Source of the DNA: a bacterium
GTDB lineage: Bacteria > Methylomirabilota > Methylomirabilia > CAVQYV01
Direction: 5' to 3'
Assembly: GCA_043800755.1 (NCBI GenBank)
Contig: JAZDMQ010000010.1
Location: 1-23,862, forward strand
Length of the DNA: 23,862 nucleotides
Under the pieces are notes generated by a model. It did no database searches and was not told the DNA's origin. It saw only the letters and a list, made by a program, of their open reading frames with translations. The position numbers and the translations under genes were made by a program. This document shows, piece after piece, positions 1-7,617 of the stretch. Each line of letters opens with the position of its first letter. Positions within the stretch are counted from its first letter, which is position 1.

Positions 1-70
1 CTCGAACCCCTACGGTCTTAAGACCACATGGCCCTGAACCATGCGCGTCTACCAGTTCCGCCACTTCGGC
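1..70 (-). tRNA. tRNA-Leu (anticodon CAG), 3' end cut off by window edge
   Basis: Reverse complement GCCGAAGTGGCGGAACTGGTAGACGCG-CATGG-TTCAGGG-CCATG-TGGTCTTAAGACC-GTAGGGGTTCGAG: D-loop GG, anticodon stem-loop with CAG, long variable arm, GTTCGA T-loop. Confidence 0.95.
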
Positions 71-78
71 CTGGGCTT

Positions 79-108
79 ATTAATACTATTTGAACCTTCA
101 TTTGTCAA
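79..108 (-). promoter_or_regulatory. Probable sigma70 promoter for tRNA-Leu
   Basis: Minus-strand TTGACA at 108-103, 17 bp spacer, TATTAA at 85-80, about 10 nt before the tRNA 5' end. Confidence 0.6.
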
Positions 109-292
109 TTTGATTTTTCAATCCTATTCTTAAGAAGGTGCATAGTGGTCACAACTCCGGCAGCTCGTTGAGGTGTTAGGTTGGAAGGGTCTTCGTCGGT
201 AAATATCGCCGAATGGCTTCAGCAAGGCCAATCCAAGAGAGACGGCGGGGTGGGTCAAATCGGTTAGCTCTCTCGAACGCGATCCGGTACCT

Positions 293-584
293 CGTATCTC
301 AATTGTCCTATAGTCGCGGACAAAAGACCCTGCATTCTGTTCGAAAGATCTGCCGCGCGTAGAACCGACGAGTGAAGCTCCCCGCTCACAGGACGAGGCT
401 TGCGGGGCACGCTCCGGTCAAGGATCGGTATGTTTGCTGCCGGCTCTGGAAAAGCCTCAAGCGAAAAGCCTTGGAGAAGAGTGAGATCAGGAGTAACCGG
501 TGATTACTCCATTAAGAACTGATCACCTCAAGCTGCGACTTCAAGACAATTGAGGTTCTGAAGAGTGAGACAACTGAGATACGG
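293..584. repeat. 15-bp inverted repeat pair (1 mismatch)
   Basis: CGTATCTCAATTGTC (293-307) versus GACAACTGAGATACG (~569-583); a second, perfect 10-bp partner GACAATTGAG lies at 545-554. Confidence 0.7.
372..421 (+). mobile_element. IS200/IS605-family right-end-like palindrome (non-autonomous remnant, tentative)
   Basis: GAAG followed by stem CCCCGC(380-385)/GCGGGG(402-407), ending in TCAA(418-421). Resembles the guide-hairpin-TCAA layout of HUH Y1 element right ends. No transposase nearby. Confidence 0.35.
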
Positions 585-590
585 ACTTAC

Positions 591-620
591 GCATCAAACC
601 TATGTGCATCAAACCTATGT
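591..620 (+). repeat. Perfect 15-bp tandem direct repeat
   Basis: GCATCAAACCTATGT at 591-605 and 606-620. Confidence 0.95.
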
Positions 621-648
621 TGACAATCGTATTCTCTTCTGATATTGT
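620..648 (+). promoter_or_regulatory. Sigma70 promoter upstream of tRNA-Arg and the PHP gene
   Basis: TTGACA (620-625), 17 bp spacer, TATTGT (643-648), with extended -10 TG at 640-641. Confidence 0.7.
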
Positions 649-838
649 TTAAACCCGCGCCAAAAGGGATCTGCGCCTTGATAGTGTATTTTCCATTTCG
701 GGTTACCTGCCTTTCACGCCAGATTCCAGGGCAGGATGCTTGATACAATCTCACGAAAACCTTTATTTCAGGGCAAAACCCCAACCGCAGCCTCCCCAAC
801 CCTCGGAGGCTTGACCTGTTCATTTTTGATCCAATCTC

Positions 839-915
839 GGGCCTGTAGCTCAGGTGGATAGAGCAGGGGTTTCCTAAACCCCGTGCCGGAGGTTCGAGTC
901 CTCTCAGGCCCACCA
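839..915 (+). tRNA. tRNA-Arg (anticodon CCT), CCA encoded
   Basis: GGGCCTG acceptor stem pairs with CAGGCCC; anticodon arm GGGGT-TTCCTAA-ACCCC; GTTCGAG T-loop; ends ACCA; 77 nt. Confidence 0.97.
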
Positions 916-926
916 AGGATGAACCG

Positions 927-1586
927 ATGATCGATTTTCATACCCACTCCCTATTTAGTGACGGGGCCCTGATCCCGTCCGAATTGGTGCAACGGGCACG
1001 AAGCAAGGGCTACACTGCAATTGCGATTACTGATCATGTAGATGCTTCCAACTTGGATCAGGTGGTGACTTCTCTCACCAAGGTCTGTTCAGTCCTATCT
1101 TCATCCTGGGAGATCTATGTAATCCCTGGAGTGGAGATCACTCATGTGCCTCCAGAAACCATCCCGAGGTTGGCCCTGGCGGCTCGGTCTTTGGGGGCGA
1201 AGGTAGTGGTTGTTCATGGGGAGACCATTACAGAGCCAGTTCCTCCCGGCACAAATCGTGCCGCATTAGATGCTTCGATTGACATCTTAGCCCACCCCGG
1301 ACTGGTTTCCGGAGAGGATGTCAAGAAAGCGAAAGAGAAATCGATTTTCCTGGAGATCACTTCTCGCAATGGACATTCCCTGACGAATGGCCATGTAGCA
1401 CGCTTGGCCTCCCAGGCAGGGGCCTTCCTAATTCTAAATACTGACACCCACGATGCTCATGACCTTATCGACGACGCATTTGCCTTGAAAATACTCCGTG
1501 GCGCAGGGGTGCCAGATGAAAAGCTTTCCGGCATCCTTGAAAACTCAAAATTGATGCTCAACCGATTGAAGTCAACTCTGCAATAG
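927..1586 (+). CDS. PHP-family phosphoesterase (histidinol-phosphatase-like, stand-alone)
   Basis: DFHTHS-FSDG, ITDH, GVEITH, AHPG and NTDTH metal-binding motifs. Confidence 0.9.
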   Translation: MIDFHTHSLFSDGALIPSELVQRARSKGYTAIAITDHVDASNLDQVVTSLTKVCSVLSSSWEIYVIPGVEITHVPPETIPRLALAARSLGAKVVVVHGETITEPVPPGTNRAALDASIDILAHPGLVSGEDVKKAKEKSIFLEITSRNGHSLTNGHVARLASQAGAFLILNTDTHDAHDLIDDAFALKILRGAGVPDEKLSGILENSKLMLNRLKSTLQ

Positions 1587-1598
1587 GAAGGAACACAT

Positions 1599-2315
1599 AT
1601 GGCTCAACCCAAGCTCTCAAAGAAGGAGTTGAAGGAAGACGAACTCTTGAATGCTTTTGAGAGGATCATTCGACACATTTCGTTGCATTCCAAGCCCTTT
1701 GCTTTTGTGGCAGTGGGGTTCGTTTTTTTAATAATCACAATCTCCGCAGCCTACATTTATTTTGAGAAATATGAGGCAAAGGCGTCCCGTGCCCTTTTTG
1801 CAGCCAACCAAGTATACCGGGAAAACCTCGCTCTTATCTCCGAGGATTCCCCCTTGGAAAGAGGGGGAATCCCTGATTTTGAGAAACCTCTGAAGCTTTA
1901 TCAGGAGATCTCGACGCTTTTCCCGCGCAGTGAAAGCGCAAGTGAGGCCCTTTATCAATCCGCGCAATGCTTTTATCATCTTGCCAAGTATGATGAAGCG
2001 ATCTCTGCTTTTCAGCAATATATCCAGCGGTACCCGCGAGGGAGTTTCTCCCTCTTGGCCGGGCTTGGATTAGGCTACTGCTACGAGCAGAAATCAGAAT
2101 TCGATAAGGCTGCTGCTGCTTATTCCGCGACCATAGATAAGAACCCCCGCGACGCCCTAATCGGAGAGGTCTTGGTCTCTTTGGGGAGGTGCCAAGAGGC
2201 CACCGGGAAACCCGCAGAGGCTGCAAAGACCTATACGCAAGTGGTGGAGAGATTTCCCAACTCAACCTGGAAATCCTATGCGGAGCGCAAGCTGCTCTAC
2301 CTAAAAAGCCACTAA
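1599..2315 (+). CDS. Membrane-anchored tetratricopeptide repeat protein (YfgM/CpoB-like)
   Basis: Basic N-terminus, one hydrophobic helix (FAFVAVGFVFLIITISAAYIYF), TPRs with YP/FP turns; SD AGGAAGGA. Confidence 0.85.
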   Translation: MAQPKLSKKELKEDELLNAFERIIRHISLHSKPFAFVAVGFVFLIITISAAYIYFEKYEAKASRALFAANQVYRENLALISEDSPLERGGIPDFEKPLKLYQEISTLFPRSESASEALYQSAQCFYHLAKYDEAISAFQQYIQRYPRGSFSLLAGLGLGYCYEQKSEFDKAAAAYSATIDKNPRDALIGEVLVSLGRCQEATGKPAEAAKTYTQVVERFPNSTWKSYAERKLLYLKSH

Positions 2316-2400
2316 TTGCCCCTCCTCCGGTGGCCCGCGATTGGGCGACGAATCCGTTAACCGAGGTGCATTCTGTGCTATCAAGCCCGGGAGATATCTA

Positions 2401-3438
2401 ATGAAAGCGGCTGTTTTTTTTGCCCCAGGGGATATGAAGCTGAAAGACCTGGAAATTCCCCGCATCGCTGACGAGGAATTGTTGATTCGAGTGAGGGCCT
2501 GTGCAGTTTGTGGTACGGATATCCGGGTCTTCGAAGGAAAAAAGACCAAGGGAATTACGCCTCCAGCGGTGATTGGCCATGAGATCTCCGGGGAGGTCCA
2601 GGAGAGAGGGAAAGAAGTCAAGGGATACAATGTCGGGGACCGGGTGGCCATCATTCCGGTAGTTCCTTGTCGTAACTGCTACTATTGCCTGAACGGAATG
2701 GAGAATATCTGCGCGAATCGCACGGCCTTCGGGTATGAATATGGAGGCGGATTTCAAGAATACATGCGCGTCCCAGAGGTGGCAGTAAAAGCAGGAAATG
2801 TGGTAAAGATAGATCCGACCATCTCCTTCGAGGAAGCGTCTCTGATAGAGCCTTTTGCCTGCTGCTTCAATGGAAGTCGCAGGTCGGGCATCCGACCTGG
2901 AGATGTGGTCCTGGTTGTTGGTGCCGGTCCCATTGGACTGATGCACATCCAGTTAGCAAGGATGGCGGGGGCGCGGCGCATCTTGGTGAGCGAGTTGATC
3001 CCCGGCCGCAGAGATCTGGCTGCTTCCATGGGGGCTGATAAGGTATTCGATCCCCATGTCCTCAAACTAACCGAAGTCGCTTTGGAAGAAACAGGCGGGC
3101 GGGGCGTAGACTCAGCCATCATGGCCATTGGGGTTCCCTCCCTGGTCAATGATTTGCTGAAGGTGACCAGAAAGGGCGGGACCGTGAATCTCTTCGCCGG
3201 CTTCAGTGGAGCAGGGGATGCCCAGATTGAGGCGAATATCCTCCACTATAACGAAGTCTACCTCACTGGCACCGCCTCCGCTTCTCGCTCTCATTTCCAT
3301 GAAGCCCTCTCGCTGGTATTGGCTAAGCGAATCGACCTATCTCCGCTCATCTCCCATCGTTTCCCCTTATCTGACATTGGCCAGGCCTTTCAGATAACCA
3401 AGAACGGCGAGGGAATAAAGGTCATCGTCACACTCTGA
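2401..3438 (+). CDS. Zn-dependent MDR alcohol/polyol dehydrogenase (iditol 2-dehydrogenase-like) #1
   Basis: CGTD, GHE, CxxCxxCx7C structural Zn, IEP, GAGPIG. Start moved to ATG 2401 (MKAAVF) after GGGAGA. Confidence 0.9.
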   Translation: MKAAVFFAPGDMKLKDLEIPRIADEELLIRVRACAVCGTDIRVFEGKKTKGITPPAVIGHEISGEVQERGKEVKGYNVGDRVAIIPVVPCRNCYYCLNGMENICANRTAFGYEYGGGFQEYMRVPEVAVKAGNVVKIDPTISFEEASLIEPFACCFNGSRRSGIRPGDVVLVVGAGPIGLMHIQLARMAGARRILVSELIPGRRDLAASMGADKVFDPHVLKLTEVALEETGGRGVDSAIMAIGVPSLVNDLLKVTRKGGTVNLFAGFSGAGDAQIEANILHYNEVYLTGTASASRSHFHEALSLVLAKRIDLSPLISHRFPLSDIGQAFQITKNGEGIKVIVTL

Positions 3439-3534
3439 GCGGCTCACCCCAAGAGCGCGGACGACACGACCCCCGCCTCACCCATCCAGGACCTGATCGT
3501 TCAGGTTGAACCTATTTCAAAAGAAGATCCCCTC

Positions 3535-4340
3535 ATGTTGTCTTTAGGAAAGAAAATAAGACTGGAAAGGATCAAGCATCGACCCTCAGGCAAGGTCTTC
3601 TTTGTGACCGTCGATCACTCGATCACCCGGGGGGTTTTCGCTGGATTGGTCAATATGAAGGAGACACTCCGAAAAATAGTTGCCGGAAGGCCAGATGGTA
3701 TCACCATGCATAAAGGGATTGCACAGGAGTTCTTTTATCCCTATGCTGGGCAGGTCTCTTTGGTCTTGAAGGCCTCGAGCTTTTCTCCCTACCAGCCGAC
3801 CTATGATACCTGGGTGGCCTGGGTGGACGAGGCGGTCCAGGTTAGGGGCCGATGCGATCTCCATGGGGGTATTGGTGGGAGGAGATAGGCAGGCGGAGAT
3901 GCTCCATAACTTGGGCTTAATCTCGCGGGAGGCCTCTTTGGCCGGGATGCCCCTTATCGCCCACATCTATCCCAAAGGGGAGATGATCAAAGAAGAAGAC
4001 CAGTATAGCGTCAAGGCTCTCTCCTACGCAGTTAGGGCAGGGGCCGAATTGGGGGTCGACATCATCAAAACCTGGTATCCCGGTTCCCCGGATGCGTTTT
4101 CCAAAGGTGGTGGAGGTTGCGCCCGGAAAGGTTGTGGCTGCAGGTGGTCCCAAGACCGAGACCGAGAGACAATTTCTCGAGATGACCCGCGGAGTCATGG
4201 ATGCGGGGGCGATTGGGGTAGCATATGGTCGAAACATTTGGGAACATCCAAACCCCACCTTGATGATCAGGGCGTTAAAGGCTATTATCCATGGGAACAA
4301 GGGAGTGGATGAGGCCTTAGAAATCCTTAAATCTTCTTAG
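3535..4340 (+). pseudogene. DhnA/FbaB-type class I aldolase (LsrF / ADH-synthase-like superfamily), two +1 frameshifts
   Basis: Motifs spread over three successive frames: TVDH and MHKG; LGADAI, HIYPKG and ELGVDIIKT (Schiff-base Lys); AAGGPK and YGRNIW. Removing one C at ~3838 and one A at ~4104 gives a 267-aa ORF. Confidence 0.85.
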
Positions 4341-4351
4341 CCTCTCAGGAA

Positions 4352-5902
4352 GTGAAGATGGAGCAATGCGCCCAAGATACCCTGCTGGGCATTGATGTGG
4401 GCACGAGCGGGTGTAAGGTGGGCCTCTTCGACCTGGAAGGTACTCTCCGGGGAGAGGCTTATCGTCCGTATCCACTAATTTATCCGCGCATTGACTGGGT
4501 AGAAGAGGATCCACTGCAGGGTTGGTGGAAGGCGGCCTCGGAAGGTGTTCGAGAAGCGCTTTTCCGCTCCAATATTCGCGCAGAGAGCATTCGGGGAATC
4601 AGCATTAGCTGCACTAATGCCCTTGTCTGCGTGGACAAAAATGGAGCCCCTCTTCGCAATGCCCTAATGCAGATCGATCGACGCAGCATTCTCCAGGCTG
4701 AGGCTCTACGCCGCACAGTGGGGGAGGAGAAGATCTTTGGGATTACGGGAAACCGGGTCGCGCCGGGAACCTTCTCTGCCCCTCTGATTTTGTGGCTCAA
4801 GGAGAATGAACCACGGATCTTTGAGCAGACCCACAAATTCCTGGTCCCAACAGGATTCCTCATCCACCAGCTCACCGGGGAATATGTAATGGATTGGTCC
4901 AGGGGAGCGACAACCCTGTTGTTCGAGACGGGGGGTTCGCGCTCTTGGTCGACGAACCTCTGTGAAGCAATGGATATCCCCATGGAGAAGCTTCCGCGCC
5001 TCTGCCCTTCCTGGGAGGTTGTGGGCGAGGTGACCCGTTGGGCCAGCCGAGAGACTGGATTGGCGGCGGGGACTCCGGTAGTGGCCGGTGCAATGGACAC
5101 CGTGGCGGCTGCGCTGGGCAGTGGAGTAGTCTCGAATGGAGAGTCATTTTATATTCTGGGCAGCGTTGGCAGAATCTGTCTGTGTTTGCAAGAACCTTCC
5201 TTTGACATCCGTTTCATCAACACCTGCCATTGTATCCCTGACTATTGGATTTCCATTGCCTGCACTAATGGGGCGGGCCTTTCCCTGCGCTGGTTCAAGG
5301 AACAACTTGGGGAATCCGAGACTGCCAGGTCCAGGGAGACTGGGGAAAGCCCCTTTCGCCTCCTTGATCTGGAGGCCATGAAGTCCCCTCCCGGAGCCAA
5401 CAAGCTTCTCTATCTGCCCTACTTAGCAGGTGAAAGAAGCCCCATCTGGGATCCCTATGCTAGAGGGGTTCTCTTTGGCCTAAATATGAGCCATCGCAAG
5501 GGCGACATTGTTCGGGCCTTTTTGGAGGGGGTGGCCTTTGCTGCTCGAGACAATTTCGATACCTTTGAAGGGATATTGAGCAAAAGGATCGACGACGTAA
5601 AAATGAGTGGTGGTGGGTCGAGGAGTGCCCTCTGGAGGGAGATTACTTCGGACATATTGGAAAAAGAACTGGCGGTCTTGGATCCCCCTGACACAGAGAC
5701 GTTTGGAAATGCGCTATTAGCCGGCTTCGGAACAGGCATCTATCGTGACATCCGTGAGACAAGCAAGGAATTGGCAAAGGTTAGAGTCAGGGTAAGGCCT
5801 AGCGACGCGAATGCCCGGCTTTATTCAAAGCTCTATTGTCTCTATAAAAGGATTTACATCCATCTAAGAGAGGACTTTCGGGCGCTGGAAGCCATCACTT
5901 AG
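4352..5902 (+). CDS. FGGY-family carbohydrate kinase (xylulokinase-like) #1
   Basis: LGIDVGTSGCK, D-RS, AGAMD, LPYLAGERSP, RAFLEGVAF, SGGGSRS. Start GTG 4352 or ATG 4358. Confidence 0.92.
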   Translation: MKMEQCAQDTLLGIDVGTSGCKVGLFDLEGTLRGEAYRPYPLIYPRIDWVEEDPLQGWWKAASEGVREALFRSNIRAESIRGISISCTNALVCVDKNGAPLRNALMQIDRRSILQAEALRRTVGEEKIFGITGNRVAPGTFSAPLILWLKENEPRIFEQTHKFLVPTGFLIHQLTGEYVMDWSRGATTLLFETGGSRSWSTNLCEAMDIPMEKLPRLCPSWEVVGEVTRWASRETGLAAGTPVVAGAMDTVAAALGSGVVSNGESFYILGSVGRICLCLQEPSFDIRFINTCHCIPDYWISIACTNGAGLSLRWFKEQLGESETARSRETGESPFRLLDLEAMKSPPGANKLLYLPYLAGERSPIWDPYARGVLFGLNMSHRKGDIVRAFLEGVAFAARDNFDTFEGILSKRIDDVKMSGGGSRSALWREITSDILEKELAVLDPPDTETFGNALLAGFGTGIYRDIRETSKELAKVRVRVRPSDANARLYSKLYCLYKRIYIHLREDFRALEAIT

Positions 5903-5946
5903 CGCGATGGCAAAGTTTTCTTTTGTCAAGGAGGGTAACAACCGAT

Positions 5947-6987
5947 ATGAAGGCAGCGGTATTCCTTTCTCCTTCTCAGATTGAGCTGCAAGAGGTGGAA
6001 ATTCCCAAGATTGGACCGAGGGAAGCGCTCATTAGGGTGAAGGCCGCAGGGATTTGCGGAACCGACGCTCGTATTTTCAAAGGCAACAAGAAGATCCCGG
6101 CCCCTCGTATCATTGGGCATGAGTTCGCCGGTGAGATTCAGGAAGTTGGAGGGAAAGTCAAGGAGTGGAGGGCAGGGGACCGGGTAACAGTTCAGCCCAT
6201 CATCGCCTGCGGCAGGTGTCATTGCTGCCTCAGAGGGAGGTTCAACATCTGCCTAACCCGTCCCACCATTGGCTATGAATATGATGGTGGCTTCGCGGAA
6301 TTCGTGCGCATTCCCGGAGAAGCCATTGACCGGGGGAATATGATCAAGCTCCCAGACGATGTTAGTTTTGAGGACGCTGCTTTTTCTGAGCCGCTTTCTG
6401 CTTGTGTTCACGGAAATGAAAAGGCGAGGATCCGCAAGGGAGATCGTGTCTGGATCATGGGAGATGGTCCCATCGGTCTCACCCATGTGCAGCTCGCAGC
6501 CCTATCAGGGGCCGGAACGATTATTCTGAGTGGGACGGACCCTGAAAAGCTTGAGCTGGGAAGGCAGTTGGGAGCTCATCACCTCATCCAAATTCCGCAA
6601 CAAAATCCCCTGGCAGAAGTAAAGGCCCTTACGGAAGGGGAGGGGGTGGAGGTGGCGATTACTGCTGCCTCGGTAAGTAGGTTGATCGAGGACGCACTTC
6701 AGGGAGGAGGATTGAAGAAGGGGGGGCTACTTCTCATTTTTGCCGGAGTTCCACCGGAGTCCCTGGCCCGCATCGATCCCAATCGGGTTCATTACCAGGA
6801 GTATACCATTACGGGGTCTTCAGGGCACTCTATTGAAAATATGCGCCAGGCCGTTGCCCTTATTCACTCCGGATCTTTCCGAGTAAACCCCCTGATTTCC
6901 CATCGCCTACCGCTCGAGCAAGTGATAGAGGGAATTCAGATGAAGGAGCGATTAGAGGGATTGAAGCATTTGATTATCCTGGATTGA
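5947..6987 (+). CDS. Zn-dependent MDR alcohol/polyol dehydrogenase #2
   Basis: ICGTD, GHE, CGRCHCCx7C, SEP, GDGPIG; shares GYEYxGGF with #1. Start ATG 5947 after AAGGAGG. Confidence 0.9.
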   Translation: MKAAVFLSPSQIELQEVEIPKIGPREALIRVKAAGICGTDARIFKGNKKIPAPRIIGHEFAGEIQEVGGKVKEWRAGDRVTVQPIIACGRCHCCLRGRFNICLTRPTIGYEYDGGFAEFVRIPGEAIDRGNMIKLPDDVSFEDAAFSEPLSACVHGNEKARIRKGDRVWIMGDGPIGLTHVQLAALSGAGTIILSGTDPEKLELGRQLGAHHLIQIPQQNPLAEVKALTEGEGVEVAITAASVSRLIEDALQGGGLKKGGLLLIFAGVPPESLARIDPNRVHYQEYTITGSSGHSIENMRQAVALIHSGSFRVNPLISHRLPLEQVIEGIQMKERLEGLKHLIILD

Positions 6988-6999
6988 AAGGGAAGAGAT

Positions 7000-7599
7000 A
7001 TGGATGCACTAAGAAAAGCGAAGCAGGAGTTAGAACTGATCAGCAAGAGGGCCTATCATCGTGGCTTGACTTCGGGCTCGGGGGGTAATATCAGTGCTCG
7101 GGTTGAAGGAACTGAACAAGTAGTGATAAAAAGCAGTGGCCTCTCCTTCGTGGATTGTACCGAGGAGAACATCATCCTTGTAGACCTTCTCGGCAATGTG
7201 TTGGATGGATCCCTAACACCTTCCAAAGAGGTCAAGTTTCATTGCGGCATCTACCGGGTTCGACCCGAGGTGAGGGCCGTGGTTCACACCCATTCTGCGG
7301 CGGCCACCGCCTTCTCAGTGGTGGGAAGAGAGATTCCGATGGTGACGGTATCCGCAGCAAAGGGGGTAGGTCGTATCCCGCTCATTGGTTATGCCCCTCC
7401 AGGTTCCGACGAACTGGCTAAGCTGGTGATGGAGGCGTTTCAGGATGCAACCCTCAAGGCGGCCTTGTTGCAGAACCATGGGGTTATCTCCGTGGGGAAA
7501 AATCTGTTTGAGACTTTGTACTTGGCCGAGGTGGTGGAAGACACCGCAAAGATCACCATTTTGGCAGAAGGCTTGGGGACCGCACTCAAATTTGAATAG
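7000..7599 (+). CDS. Class II aldolase/adducin family protein (FucA/AraD-like)
   Basis: GGNIS, PSKE..FH, VHTHS and LQNHG Zn-binding motifs. Confidence 0.9.
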   Translation: MDALRKAKQELELISKRAYHRGLTSGSGGNISARVEGTEQVVIKSSGLSFVDCTEENIILVDLLGNVLDGSLTPSKEVKFHCGIYRVRPEVRAVVHTHSAAATAFSVVGREIPMVTVSAAKGVGRIPLIGYAPPGSDELAKLVMEAFQDATLKAALLQNHGVISVGKNLFETLYLAEVVEDTAKITILAEGLGTALKFE

Positions 7600-7617
7600 G
7601 GGGATGTATAAACAGGG

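Noticed and set aside
373..503. 43-codon + ORF VKLPAHRTRLAGHAPVK...
   Set aside because: No SD, and it starts inside the palindrome; more likely a chance frame through a repeat
120..620. CRISPR array, tmRNA, RNase P or group II intron
   Set aside because: No regularly spaced repeats, no tRNA-like tmRNA ends, no GAGGAAAGTCC, no domain V motif on either strand
839..915. tRNA as the attachment site of an integrated island
   Set aside because: No integrase and no duplicate of the tRNA 3' end noticed in the window
587..916. 109-aa minus-strand ORF (MVGLRGLEPP...)
   Set aside because: Antisense translation of tRNA-Arg and its promoter region; a typical tRNA shadow ORF
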